A DNA stretch of 64,000 nucleotides from Alphaproteobacteria bacterium (GTDB lineage: Bacteria; Pseudomonadota; Alphaproteobacteria; SP197): assembly GCA_964291265.2 (NCBI GenBank), contig OZ219747.1, positions 800,001-864,000 of the forward strand. Reading direction: 5' to 3'. Within the stretch, counting starts at the first letter, position 1. Each line of letters opens with the position of its first letter. A program made the position numbers and the translations under genes. The notes beneath the pieces were generated by a model. The model was not told the origin of the DNA. It searched no databases and saw only the letters and a list, made by a program, of their open reading frames with translations. Below are positions 40,773 through 50,689 of this stretch, one piece after another.

Positions 40773-41480
40773 CCAGGGTCAGGATGATCCCACTCTGAAA
40801 TCCGCTTGATCCTTCTTGACGTCGGGCATTGATGCGTTGCACGCGCATATGAATGCCGAGTTTCCGCTGGCCATCCAGCGCTGTGTGTGCGCCGGGCCGT
40901 CCCTGTCGATTCGCAGGCGCATGGAGGCCTACCCGATTCATCAGGGATTTCCCCGGGGTCTTTCCCTGTCTGAGGTTCGTCTGGCGAGGCCGGAGGAGCG
41001 TCCGCTGTCGGACGCGCTGATGAACAAGCACCACGATCTCGGCTTCCGTCGCCCGGCGGGCCGCGGTCTGCGCTGGGTTGCGACCTTCAGGGGTCAGTGG
41101 CTTGGTGTGGCGGCGTGGCAGAACGGCGCCTTCAAGTGCGCTCCCCGCGACCGGTGGACCGGCTGGAAGCCTCAAGCAGCAGTTCCAGCGGCTCGGGGTG
41201 GTGGCCAACAACACGCGGTTCCTGGTCCTCTCCAAGCCCGGGGTGTTGGCGAACCTTGCTTCTGAGTTTCCTTGCGGGCATGGCGCGCCGGCTGTGCAAT
41301 GACTGGCTGAAGGTGCACGGCCACGGGGCGCTATACCGATCCCCACGGCAAGCTCAAGGAGATCTGCGTTACGGCACTGAGGCCCGCGATGCCCGGGCGC
41401 TGCTGTCGAGCCCGCTGCCGCTTCCCCCCGACGTGGCGCCGCCCTCATGCCCCGAACTGGCGCGTTGTCCCGGCGCACTT
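40773..41480 (+). pseudogene. Degraded DUF4338-domain gene, probably from an ISAs1-like element
   Basis: HHDLGF..GRGLRWVA..W..AFKCAPRDRWTGW / VANNTRFLVL..NLAS / RRLCNDW..HGH spread over three frames; CAGGGTC end-like motif at 40773. Confidence 0.65.
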
Positions 41481-41520
41481 GCCTCGATACGCGCGTTTGG
41501 CGACGATGCATGCGGAGGGA

Positions 41521-42690
41521 ATGGACAGCGACGTCATGAAGACTCTCGATTGCCTGCTGGATGAACTCGCGCTCTACGTGGGACTGCCCGAAAGCGCGTG
41601 CGTGTCGTTGCCCCCCGATGCCTATCTCTCCGAGGACCTTGCGGCTCTCGAGGCCGCCACCATATTCGAGCGCTCGTGGTTGTGCGTCGGCCGCGAGGAA
41701 CACGTGCCGCAGCCGGGGGACTACTACACCATCGACGTCATGGGCGAGCCTGTCGTCATCGTCAGGGGTACGGACGGCGTTCTCCGTGCGCTCAACACGG
41801 CGTGTCGCCACCGGGCCATGCCCGTGGTCGCGGGCAAGGGCCATGCCCGGCGTTTCGTCTGCCCCTATCATTCCTGGACCTATGGCACCGACGGACGCCT
41901 CATCGGCGCCCCGCACATGGAGGGGAGCACGGTCTTTGACCAGGCGCGCTGCCACCTTCCCGGCTACCGCCTGGAGAGCTGGCGGGGATTCCTGTTCGTC
42001 AATCTTGATGACGATGCCGATCCCCTCGAGGTCACCATGGCGCCCGTGGGAAGGGCGACGGCCAACTACCGCATCGAGGAGCAGACCGAGATCTTCCGCT
42101 ACGAGACCACGTGGGACGGAAACTGGAAACTCTCGGCCGAGAACTCCATGGAGTACTACCACCACATCGGGTTGCATGCCGGCACCGTGGGTGTGCAGAT
42201 GCCGGCGAAGGGGACCTATTTTCCCGCAGATCCCGCGGTCGATCGCACGTTCACGCACCAGCGCTGCAGGATAGGTGAGGAGTTTCTGGGTGACTCCGAT
42301 CACCCGCTCAACCCTCGGGGGGACGTGACGAGCCTGACGCGCGAGGAACAGGAGACCGGCTATCTCGTCTACGTGTTTCCTGCCTTCACCATGGCGATGC
42401 GCGCCGGTTCGAACAACTGGCTCTCCTTTCGCCCCGACGGCCCCGACCGGACCCGTGTGCTGGGCGGCTACCTCGTCTGGAGGGACCTGGTGTCGAGCGA
42501 TGCGCAGACCGTGCGGGCGCGTGCCGAACTGATCGGCAGGGTGAATGAGGAAGACGCCCTTGCCACCACGGAACTGGCGCGCACCATGCGGAGCCGCAAG
42601 GCGCCCCGGGGCCCGCTCTCGCCATTCGAGAAGACTCTCGCGCAATTCTACGCCTATCTCGGTCGCACCCTGGCTGCGGACCGGGTCTGA
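41521..42690 (+). CDS. Rieske non-heme iron oxygenase alpha subunit
   Basis: CRHR...CPYHSWTY, NWKLSAENSMEYYHHIGLH, VNEED. Confidence 0.93.
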   Translation: MDSDVMKTLDCLLDELALYVGLPESACVSLPPDAYLSEDLAALEAATIFERSWLCVGREEHVPQPGDYYTIDVMGEPVVIVRGTDGVLRALNTACRHRAMPVVAGKGHARRFVCPYHSWTYGTDGRLIGAPHMEGSTVFDQARCHLPGYRLESWRGFLFVNLDDDADPLEVTMAPVGRATANYRIEEQTEIFRYETTWDGNWKLSAENSMEYYHHIGLHAGTVGVQMPAKGTYFPADPAVDRTFTHQRCRIGEEFLGDSDHPLNPRGDVTSLTREEQETGYLVYVFPAFTMAMRAGSNNWLSFRPDGPDRTRVLGGYLVWRDLVSSDAQTVRARAELIGRVNEEDALATTELARTMRSRKAPRGPLSPFEKTLAQFYAYLGRTLAADRV

Positions 42691-42705
42691 CATGGGGAAC
42701 AGGTC

Positions 42706-43455
42706 ATGGATTTCTCCGGCAAGCGGGTCATCGTCACGGGTTCGACGCGGGGTATCGGGCGCGAGGCCGCCCGCCTGTTTGTCGAGGCGGGCGCAGAGGT
42801 GGTGATCCACGGGCGTTCGCGGTCCGGCGTCGACGACACCGTGGCGGCTCTCGCCGGGGGCAAGGGCATCGCTGCCGATCTCTCGAGCGTCGAGGAATGC
42901 CGGCAGCTGATCGACAGGGCCCTCGATCACCTCGGCGGTCTCGATGTCCTGGTCAACAACGCTGCCGTGGGCGACGGCGGAACGATCGGGGAATCGGACG
43001 AGGCGCTGTGGCAGAACATCATGGACGTCAACCTTCGCGCACCCTTCTTCCTGACCCGCCATTCCCTTCCCGCCCTGCGCGCCAGCAGGGGTAGCGTGGT
43101 CATGGTCTCGTCGGTCTCCGGGCTGATGGGCCATCCGGACGGCGCCACCGTCTATTGCACGTCCAAAGGAGGCCTCAACAACATGACGCGGGCCATGGCC
43201 CTGGAACTGGCCGGCGAGGTCCGTGTCAACGCCGTCGCCCCCGGTCCTGTCGACACGGACATGCACAGGATCCCGGCGCGTCAATCCGGTGACGAGACGG
43301 ACTACTTCAGGGAAATCAACGCATGGGTGCCCATGGGCCGGATCGGAACCGCCGACGAGGTGGCGCGCGGCATCCTGTGGCTGGCCTCCGACGATGCGAG
43401 CCTTGCCACCGGGATCATCCTGTCGCTTGATGGTGGAGCGGGTGCCGGCCACTGA
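42706..43455 (+). CDS. Short-chain dehydrogenase/reductase
   Basis: TGSTRGIG, NNAA, YCTSK, VNAVAPG. Confidence 0.93.
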   Translation: MDFSGKRVIVTGSTRGIGREAARLFVEAGAEVVIHGRSRSGVDDTVAALAGGKGIAADLSSVEECRQLIDRALDHLGGLDVLVNNAAVGDGGTIGESDEALWQNIMDVNLRAPFFLTRHSLPALRASRGSVVMVSSVSGLMGHPDGATVYCTSKGGLNNMTRAMALELAGEVRVNAVAPGPVDTDMHRIPARQSGDETDYFREINAWVPMGRIGTADEVARGILWLASDDASLATGIILSLDGGAGAGH

Positions 43456-44059
43456 CGGCCCGGGACGCCTTCCGGGGGGCGAACCACGGCTTCTTGTCGA
43501 CGATCTTGCCTGCGAGCGCGGCGGTCGCCTGCTCTTTGAAGGAGTATCGGTCTCCCTCGCCGCAGGGGGGGCCCTCATCGTCGAGGGCCCCAACGGCAGC
43601 GGCAAGAGCAGCCTTCTGCGCACCATCGCCGGTCTCCTGGCTCCCGCCTCTGGCCAGGTCTTCTGGCGTGGCCTCGATATCCGCAAGGAACCGCAGCCCT
43701 GGCGCCGGGAGATGGTGTTTCTCGGACATCTCAACGCCGTCAAGAGCACCCTGACGGTACGCGAGAACCTTGCCTGCCTGCAGTGTGACGTTCGCGAATC
43801 GCTCAACCTCAAGGGCCTCGGTCCCCTCCCGGCGGCCATGCTGTCGGCCGGGCAGCTGCGCCGGCTGGCCCTGGCGCGCGTGGTGGCGCATCCCGGCGGC
43901 TGCTGGATCCTGGATGAGCCTGCAGCCGGTCTCGACGCCGACTCGATCGCCCGGCTGAATGGACTGATCGCCGGACACCGCGCCCGGGGCGGGGTCGTGG
44001 TCCTCGCCGCCCACGTCCTCGACGACGCACAGACAGTCCGCCTGGGGACGACCGCGTGA
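43430..44059 (+). CDS. ccmA: Heme exporter ATP-binding protein
   Basis: LACERGGRLLF, GPNGSGKS, LGHLNAVK, LSAGQLRR, WILDEP. Confidence 0.9.
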   Translation: MVERVPATDGPGRLPGGEPRLLVDDLACERGGRLLFEGVSVSLAAGGALIVEGPNGSGKSSLLRTIAGLLAPASGQVFWRGLDIRKEPQPWRREMVFLGHLNAVKSTLTVRENLACLQCDVRESLNLKGLGPLPAAMLSAGQLRRLALARVVAHPGGCWILDEPAAGLDADSIARLNGLIAGHRARGGVVVLAAHVLDDAQTVRLGTTA

Positions 44060-44721
44060 CGACGTTCGGCGCTCTCGTCAGACGCGACCTCGCGCTCGCG
44101 ACCCGGCGCGGAGGCGATGCGGCGCTCTCGCTGGCGTTCTTTGTCGTTGCCGTCGTGGTCTTTCCCTTCGGCGTCGGTCCCGATCCGGATCTTCTCGCCC
44201 GCATCGCCGCCGGGATCATCTGGGTGACGGCGCTTCTGGCCTCCATGACGTCGCTGGAACGGCTCTATCGCGCCGATCTCGAGGATGGCTCTCTGGAGAT
44301 CATGGCCCTCTCGGCGCAACCCCTCGAACTCCAGGTGGCGGCCAAGTGTCTCGCCCACTGGCTGACCTCCGGCCTGCCGGTCGTCGTTCTGTCGCCGCTG
44401 ATGGCCATGCTGCTCAACCTCGATGTCGCCGCCTGGTGGATCCTCGTCGTGTCGCTGGCCGTCGGCACACCGCTCCTGTGTCTTGTCGGGAGCGTTGCGG
44501 CTGCCCTTGTCCTTGGCGCGAGGAAGAGCGGGGCGCTCATCGGGCTCATCGTCCTGCCGCTCCAGGTGCCGGTGATGATCTTCGGTATCGGCGCCGTCGA
44601 GGCTCTCCTGAGAGGGACCCCGGTGTTGCCTCCCCTGCTCATCGAGGCCGCCCTCCTGGTGGCAGGGACGCCCCTTGCCCTGTGGGCGAGTGCTGTGGCA
44701 TTGCGCATGGCCATCGAATGA
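44056..44721 (+). CDS. ccmB: Heme exporter permease
   Basis: FPFGVGPD, DLEDGSLE, AKCLAHW, LPLQVPVMIFG. Confidence 0.93.
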   Translation: MTTFGALVRRDLALATRRGGDAALSLAFFVVAVVVFPFGVGPDPDLLARIAAGIIWVTALLASMTSLERLYRADLEDGSLEIMALSAQPLELQVAAKCLAHWLTSGLPVVVLSPLMAMLLNLDVAAWWILVVSLAVGTPLLCLVGSVAAALVLGARKSGALIGLIVLPLQVPVMIFGIGAVEALLRGTPVLPPLLIEAALLVAGTPLALWASAVALRMAIE

Positions 44722-44746
44722 ACCCCGAGGACAACCGGAAGACGAC

Positions 44747-45484
44747 GTGACCCTTTCCTTTCACAGGTTGGCGAACCCGGCTCGGTTCCAGAGGCTTGCG
44801 CGGCGCGTCTTGCCGTGGAGTTGGGCCGCAGCGGTCCTGGCGACGGCTGGCGGGTTCGTCTGGGGACTGGCGCTGTCTCCCGCCGACTACCAGCAGGGCG
44901 ACACGGTCAGGGTCATGTATGTCCATGTTCCGGCGGCCTGGATGGCCATGGCCTGCTACACCCTGATGGCCGTTCTCTCCGTCGTCTTCCTGGTGTGGAA
45001 ACACCAGCTGGCCGGTATTGCCGCGCTCGCCTCGGCGCCGGTCGGCGCCTGCTTCACGGCCATCGCTCTCATCACCGGAAGCCTGTGGGGCAAACCGACC
45101 TGGGGAACCTGGTGGGTGTGGGATGCGCGTCTCACGTCCGTACTCGTGCTGTTCTTTCTCTATCTCGGTTACCTGGCGCTGGCCGGCGCCTTTGACGACC
45201 GGGCGCGGGGATTGCGCGCGGCCTCGCTTCTGGCGCTGGTCGGCATCGTCAATCTGCCGATCATCAAGTTCTCCGTCGACTGGTGGAACACGCTGCACCA
45301 GCCGGCCAGCCTCCTGCGCGCCGGCGGACCGTCGATCCATGCCTCCATGCTGTGGCCGCTGTTGATCACGGCCCTGGGATTCGCCGCCTTCCTGGTTGCC
45401 ATCCTGCTGGTGCGCATCCGCTCCGAACTGACGCTGTGGAGGACCGAGATCCTCATGCGGCGGCACACCCGGGACGCCCCGTGA
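44747..45484 (+). CDS. ccmC: Heme exporter protein C
   Basis: YVHVPAAW, WGKPTWGTWWVWDARLT, SVDWWNTLHQ. Confidence 0.95.
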   Translation: MTLSFHRLANPARFQRLARRVLPWSWAAAVLATAGGFVWGLALSPADYQQGDTVRVMYVHVPAAWMAMACYTLMAVLSVVFLVWKHQLAGIAALASAPVGACFTAIALITGSLWGKPTWGTWWVWDARLTSVLVLFFLYLGYLALAGAFDDRARGLRAASLLALVGIVNLPIIKFSVDWWNTLHQPASLLRAGGPSIHASMLWPLLITALGFAAFLVAILLVRIRSELTLWRTEILMRRHTRDAP

Positions 45485-45651
45485 GCGGCTTTCTCGACAT
45501 GGGAGGGCACGCGTCAACCGTGTGGCCGGCCTACGGCGTCACCCTTGCCATCCTGGTGGCGCTGGTGGTGGCGAGCCTCGTCAGTTCCCGCCGCCGCCAC
45601 CGGGATCTCGAGAGGCTCGAACGCGAACGTCAGGTGGAACGGGATCCATGA
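45481..45651 (+). CDS. ccmD: Heme exporter protein D
   Basis: MGGHASTVWPAYGVT, single TM, charged tail; lies between ccmC and ccmE. Confidence 0.85.
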   Translation: MSGFLDMGGHASTVWPAYGVTLAILVALVVASLVSSRRRHRDLERLERERQVERDP

Positions 45652-46091
45652 AGCGCAAGGAACAGCGCATGGTCTTCCTCGGCGCTCTCGTGGCCTGCTT
45701 TGCCGCGGCCACTGTCCTCGTGCTGATTGCCCTCGAGGACACGGTGACCTTCTTCCATTCCCCGGCATCCCTTGCCGAGGCGCCCGGAATGGCCGGAACC
45801 GAGATCAGGCTGGGGGGCCTGGTGGTGGAGGGCAGCGTCCGGCGGTCGAGTGATGGACTGACCACGACATTCGCCCTTACCGATGGCCTCGCCAGCACGA
45901 CAGTGGTCCATTCCGGCATCCTGCCGGATCTCTTCAGGGAAGGTCAGGGAATTGTCGCCAGGGGTATGCTGAACCAGGCCACCGGCGTGTTCCGGGCCGT
46001 CGAGGTCCTCGCCAAGCACGACGAGACCTACATGCCGCCGGAGGTGGCCGAGGCCCTGAAGGAGTCCGGCTACTGGCGCGAGGAGCCATGA
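45648..46091 (+). CDS. ccmE: Heme chaperone
   Basis: IRLGGLV, LPDLFREGQG, LAKHDETYMPPEV. Confidence 0.95.
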   Translation: MKRKEQRMVFLGALVACFAAATVLVLIALEDTVTFFHSPASLAEAPGMAGTEIRLGGLVVEGSVRRSSDGLTTTFALTDGLASTTVVHSGILPDLFREGQGIVARGMLNQATGVFRAVEVLAKHDETYMPPEVAEALKESGYWREEP

Positions 46092-47125
46092 CGACACGAT
46101 CCCGCCGCCGGGTGGCGGCCTGGCTCCTTGTCGTGGCCCTGCTCGTCTGTGCCATGGTGGTGCTGGGCGGCGTGACGCGCCTCACCGGATCAGGGCTCTC
46201 CATGACGGAGTGGAGACCGGTGACGGGCTGGCTGCCGCCGCTCGATCTCGCCGAGTGGAACGAGGCCTTCGATCGCTACCGGCAATCCCCGGAATACCGG
46301 GAGATCAACCGCGGCATGTCGCTGGACGAGTTCAGGACGATCTTCTGGTTCGAGTACGCCCACCGCTTGCTCGGGCGTATCCTCGGCCTTGCCTTCTTGG
46401 CGCCCTTTTTCTGGTTTCTCGTCACGCGGCAACTGCCGGGCCGCCTGGCCGCCTGGCTCGCCTTCATCCTCGTTCTCGGTGGACTGCAGGGGGTGCTGGG
46501 CTGGTTCATGGTGGCGAGCGGTCTTGTTGACCGGCCGAGCGTCAGCCCGTTCCGTCTCGCCATGCACCTGGCGCTGGCCTTTGCCATCCTCGGCATGCTG
46601 GTGTGGACCGTGGCCTCCCTGCTGGCAACCCCCGGTTACGGTTCGGCCGAACCCGGCGTCCGTCAGCCGCGACGCCGGGCGCTGTGGGTCCTTGCACTCG
46701 TCTGCCTCACCATCGTCGCCGGGGCCTTCGTCGCCGGACTCGATGCCGGCCTCTACTACAACACCTTTCCGCTCATGGACGGCAGACTGATTCCCGCCTC
46801 ATGGGCGGAGATGGAGCCCTGGTGGATCAACCCATTTCTCAATCCGGCGGCGGCGCAGTTCAACCATCGGTTTCTCGCCGTGGCGACCCTGGCGGCCGCG
46901 CTTCTCATGTGGCGCTCGTTTCACGGCCTGCCGCTCATGGCCCGCACCCGCCGCCTGGCCACGGCAGTGGCGCTTGGCGCCCTGGTCCAGGCGGGCCTGG
47001 GCATTGCCACGCTGCTTGCCTACGTCCCGGTGTGGCTCGGCGCTCTCCACCAGGCCGGTGCCCTGGTGGTCTTCACGCTCGCTCTCCTCGTCGTGCACAG
47101 CCTGAGGCAGCGCCAGGCCCCCTGA
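46088..47125 (+). CDS. ctaA: Heme A synthase (COX15-type)
   Basis: GGVTRLTGSGLSMTEW, EYAHRLLGR, QFNHR, ALHQ. Confidence 0.93.
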   Translation: MTTRSRRRVAAWLLVVALLVCAMVVLGGVTRLTGSGLSMTEWRPVTGWLPPLDLAEWNEAFDRYRQSPEYREINRGMSLDEFRTIFWFEYAHRLLGRILGLAFLAPFFWFLVTRQLPGRLAAWLAFILVLGGLQGVLGWFMVASGLVDRPSVSPFRLAMHLALAFAILGMLVWTVASLLATPGYGSAEPGVRQPRRRALWVLALVCLTIVAGAFVAGLDAGLYYNTFPLMDGRLIPASWAEMEPWWINPFLNPAAAQFNHRFLAVATLAAALLMWRSFHGLPLMARTRRLATAVALGALVQAGLGIATLLAYVPVWLGALHQAGALVVFTLALLVVHSLRQRQAP

Positions 47126-47126
47126 C

Positions 47127-48350
47127 TCACGCCGAGAGGGCGCGGCCCACGGCCCGGAAGCAGCGGGCGGTATCGAGGTCGACACTGTCGTCGGTCGGCA
47201 GGGTCTGGGAGGCGAACTTCGCGATGACGAGGCTGGCCACGGGATCGATCCACAGATACTGGCCGTAGACGCCGATGCCGGCGTAGCAGCCGTGATCGTC
47301 TCCCATGATCCACCACTTGTTGCGATAGCCGCCCGAAGGATTGACCGCGGCGCCTTCGCCGTTCGCCCATGCCTGCCGGTCGTGGTTGAAGCGCGTGTCG
47401 GCCACCCAGGAGAAGGGGATGATCTGGCGACCGTTCGCCACGCCGTTCTCCAACATCATCAGGCCGACCCGCGCCAGATCGCGCAGGGCAAGACAGATGC
47501 CGCCGGCGGCCCGCGGGGCCCCAAGCCTGTCGACGGTGACATAGCCGTCGAACTCAGGCCCCAGGGGTTGCCACAGGAGCTCGCTCACGACCTCGGCAAA
47601 GGGCGCTGCCGCGACGCGCTCGATCACCCAACCGAGGGCGTCGGTGACGGGTGAGACATAGTGGAAGGCATGACCGTGCGGTCCCTTCGCGCCCAGGGTG
47701 GTGAGCCAGGAGCGCAGGTCTCCGGGCCTCTCGGGATCGGACGGCGGTTTCCAGCCGGAAACCTCGCGGTACTCCGTGATGGGACCTTCGGCGGCGAGAT
47801 AGTCCTCCGTGAAATCGACGCCGACCGTCATGTCCAGCATGTGCTGAAGGGTGCACCCGGCAAACGCCGAGCCCTTGACCTCGGGAATGATCGCAGCAAC
47901 GCCGCGCGAGGGGTCGAGAAGGCCGCGTTCGACGAGGATGCCGATCACCAGTGCGGTGATCGACTTGGAGATCGACATCAGGATGTGCGGCCTCCAGGCC
48001 TCCAGGCCGTTGCGGTAGTGCTCGGTGATGACGGCGCCCCGGCGCAGCACGCACAGGCCATCGGTCGAGGCGGAATCGAGAAAGGCCCCGAAGGTGGTTT
48101 CGGCACCGGTGTGGTCGACAAAGGAAATGGCGGAGAGATCCTCGGGTGCCCTGTCGAGCCGCCTTGCCGCGCCGCTGCCGCGCCGGATCTGCGCCGCGGG
48201 CACGAGTTCGCTGACATGCTGGAAGGCCCAGCGGTTGTGTGGCGGCATGCGCCAGTTCTCGAGAGTGACCTGTGCGTCGCTCTCGGGCGGGAAGGTCTTC
48301 ATGAGATCGTGTTCCGGCATGTCTTCGCGCTCTTCGGGGTGGACCCTCAT
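47127..48350 (-). CDS. Serine hydrolase, beta-lactamase family (NylB-like)
   Basis: SISK, FHYVSP, GVYGQ. Confidence 0.88.
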   Translation of the reverse strand: MRVHPEEREDMPEHDLMKTFPPESDAQVTLENWRMPPHNRWAFQHVSELVPAAQIRRGSGAARRLDRAPEDLSAISFVDHTGAETTFGAFLDSASTDGLCVLRRGAVITEHYRNGLEAWRPHILMSISKSITALVIGILVERGLLDPSRGVAAIIPEVKGSAFAGCTLQHMLDMTVGVDFTEDYLAAEGPITEYREVSGWKPPSDPERPGDLRSWLTTLGAKGPHGHAFHYVSPVTDALGWVIERVAAAPFAEVVSELLWQPLGPEFDGYVTVDRLGAPRAAGGICLALRDLARVGLMMLENGVANGRQIIPFSWVADTRFNHDRQAWANGEGAAVNPSGGYRNKWWIMGDDHGCYAGIGVYGQYLWIDPVASLVIAKFASQTLPTDDSVDLDTARCFRAVGRALSA

Positions 48351-48430
48351 GGTAGCAGTCTTGCCCAAGGGGCGCTTCCCATGCCTTCATCAAGGCGACA
48401 TAATCGCGTCTGGAGAACGAAGGGAAACCG

Positions 48431-49825
48431 ATGCGCCCGCATGCCGTCGCTGACCCGGTCCCCCAGGAGGCCCTGGCGGAACTTCGCCACATGTTCGGTG
48501 AACGCTTCTCGACCGGCGCATCCGTTCTCGAACAGCATTCCCATGACGAGAGCTGGCATCACCCCCAGCCTCCCCACGCCGTGGTCTGGCCGGAGACCTC
48601 CGAGGACGTCGCATCCATCGTCGACATATGCTCACGACACGCCATGCCGGTGATTCCCTTCGGCACCGGCACGTCGCTCGAGGGGCAGGTGGTGGCGACC
48701 GCCGGCGGCGTCAGCATCGACATGATGCGCATGAACCGCATTCTTCGCGTCAGCCCGGAGGATCTCGACGCCACGGTCGAGGCGGGCGTGACGCGCAAGC
48801 AGCTGAATGAACACCTGAGGGACCAGGGATTGTTCTTCCCGGTCGATCCGGGGGCGGACGCCTCGATCGGAGGCATGGCGGCGACCCGGGCCTCGGGCAC
48901 CAACGCCGTGCGCTACGGCACCATGCGCGAGGTGGTTCTCGCCCTGAAGGTGGTGACACCCGACGGACGCATCGTGGAGACGGCAAGGCGGTCGAGGAAG
49001 TCGGCGGCCGGCTACGACCTCACGCGACTCTTCGTTGGTTCGGAAGGCACGCTCGGCGTCATCACCGAGGTCACGGTGAGACTCTTCGGCATTCCGGAAG
49101 CGGTCAGCGCAGCGACGGTCTCCTTTCCCGACATCGGTTCGGCGGTCGATGCCGTCATTTTCACGATCCAGTCAGGTCTTTCGATGGCGCGGATCGAGCT
49201 TCTCGACGAACTCCAGATCGAGGCGATCAACGCCTTCTCCGGCCTCGCCAATCCCGTCGCCCCGACGCTGTTTCTCGAGTTCCACGGCACGAGAGACGGC
49301 GTCGGCGAGCAGGCAGAGAGAATGGGCGAGATCTGCAGGGATCATGGCGGCAGCGATTTTGTCTGGGTGACTCGCCAGGAGGATCGCAACCGGCTGTGGC
49401 AGGCGCGCCATGACGCCGCCTGGGCGGCCAAGGCGCTGCGTCCCGGGTGTGCCATGTGGCCGACCGATGTCTGCGTGCCGATCTCCCGGCTGGCCGAGTG
49501 CATCGTCGCCACCAAGGAGGACCTGGAGACGACCCGCATTCCGGCCCCGATCGCCGGCCATGTCGGCGACGGCAACTTCCACCTCGTGTTCCTCATCGAT
49601 CCGGATGATCCCGCCGAACTCGCCGAGGCCGAGCGCCTCAACACGCGCCTCGTCAGGCGGGCCCTGGCCATGGACGGCACCTGCACCGGAGAACACGGTG
49701 TCGGTCTGGGCAAGATGACGTTCCTCGAGGAGGAGCACGGCGGGGCGATTGACCTGATGCGCCAGATGAAACAGGCCCTCGATCCCCGAAACATCATGAA
49801 TCCCGGCAAGATGTTCACCATGTGA
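48431..49825 (+). CDS. FAD-linked oxidase (D-lactate dehydrogenase-like)
   Basis: GTGTSLEG, PVDPGADASIGGM, GSEGTLG, GHVGDGNFH, GEHGVG, MNPGK. Confidence 0.9.
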   Translation: MRPHAVADPVPQEALAELRHMFGERFSTGASVLEQHSHDESWHHPQPPHAVVWPETSEDVASIVDICSRHAMPVIPFGTGTSLEGQVVATAGGVSIDMMRMNRILRVSPEDLDATVEAGVTRKQLNEHLRDQGLFFPVDPGADASIGGMAATRASGTNAVRYGTMREVVLALKVVTPDGRIVETARRSRKSAAGYDLTRLFVGSEGTLGVITEVTVRLFGIPEAVSAATVSFPDIGSAVDAVIFTIQSGLSMARIELLDELQIEAINAFSGLANPVAPTLFLEFHGTRDGVGEQAERMGEICRDHGGSDFVWVTRQEDRNRLWQARHDAAWAAKALRPGCAMWPTDVCVPISRLAECIVATKEDLETTRIPAPIAGHVGDGNFHLVFLIDPDDPAELAEAERLNTRLVRRALAMDGTCTGEHGVGLGKMTFLEEEHGGAIDLMRQMKQALDPRNIMNPGKMFTM

Positions 49826-49856
49826 CGATGCCGGCGGAATACAGGGGGAATCGACC

Positions 49857-50681
49857 ATGACATCCTTTCGAGTTGAGCCCGTGACCCCGACCATCGGCGC
49901 CGAAATCCGCGACCTGGATCTTGCCGGCCCCCTCGACGACACGGTGTTCGCGGAGTTGATGGAGGCGTGGCACCGACACCACGTTCTCTTCTTCCGCGAT
50001 CAGGACATGGACCCTGCTTCCCTGCAGAGGCTGGGCAGGCGCCTCGGCCCGCTCCATGTCCATCCGCAAGGCGACGTCGAGGGGTACGAGGGCATCCTGG
50101 CCATTCACACGGACCGGAATTCGACGACGTACAGCGGCAGCAAGTGGCATGCCGATGTCACGTGTGATCGTGAGCCGCCCGCCGCCAGTGTCCTCTATCT
50201 CGGTACCGTGCCAGCCTCGGGCGGCGATACGCTCTTTGCCAATGTCCACGCCGCCCATGACGCCCTGTCATCGCCCATGAGACGTTTTCTCGAGGGACTG
50301 ACAGCCCTTCACGCCGGGGCCGATCGCTATGGCCGGTACTTCGGCACCAGGCCGGAAGAGACGCGCGACGGCGCCTTTCCGGAGGCGGTCCATCCGGTGA
50401 TTGCCGTCAATCCGGCGACCGGCCGCAAGATGATCTACGTCAACGAGATCTTCACCGAGAGAATCGTCGAACTCGAGGAAGCGGAAAGCCGTCTGGTTCT
50501 CGAGTTCCTGTGGTCGCACATCGCGCAACCGCGATTCCAGTGCCGGTTTCGCTGGAGGGCCGACTCCGTTGCCATGTGGGACAACCATGCCACGCAGCAC
50601 CTGGCCATCTGGGACTACTGGCCTCAGGTGCGTTCCGGTTACCGCGTCACCGTCAAGGGCCCGCCGCCGCCGCCGGCATGA
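49857..50681 (+). CDS. TauD/TfdA family Fe(II)/2-oxoglutarate dioxygenase
   Basis: WHADVT, GGDTLFA, WDNHATQH. Confidence 0.92.
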   Translation: MTSFRVEPVTPTIGAEIRDLDLAGPLDDTVFAELMEAWHRHHVLFFRDQDMDPASLQRLGRRLGPLHVHPQGDVEGYEGILAIHTDRNSTTYSGSKWHADVTCDREPPAASVLYLGTVPASGGDTLFANVHAAHDALSSPMRRFLEGLTALHAGADRYGRYFGTRPEETRDGAFPEAVHPVIAVNPATGRKMIYVNEIFTERIVELEEAESRLVLEFLWSHIAQPRFQCRFRWRADSVAMWDNHATQHLAIWDYWPQVRSGYRVTVKGPPPPPA

Positions 50682-50689
50682 TCGGGACG

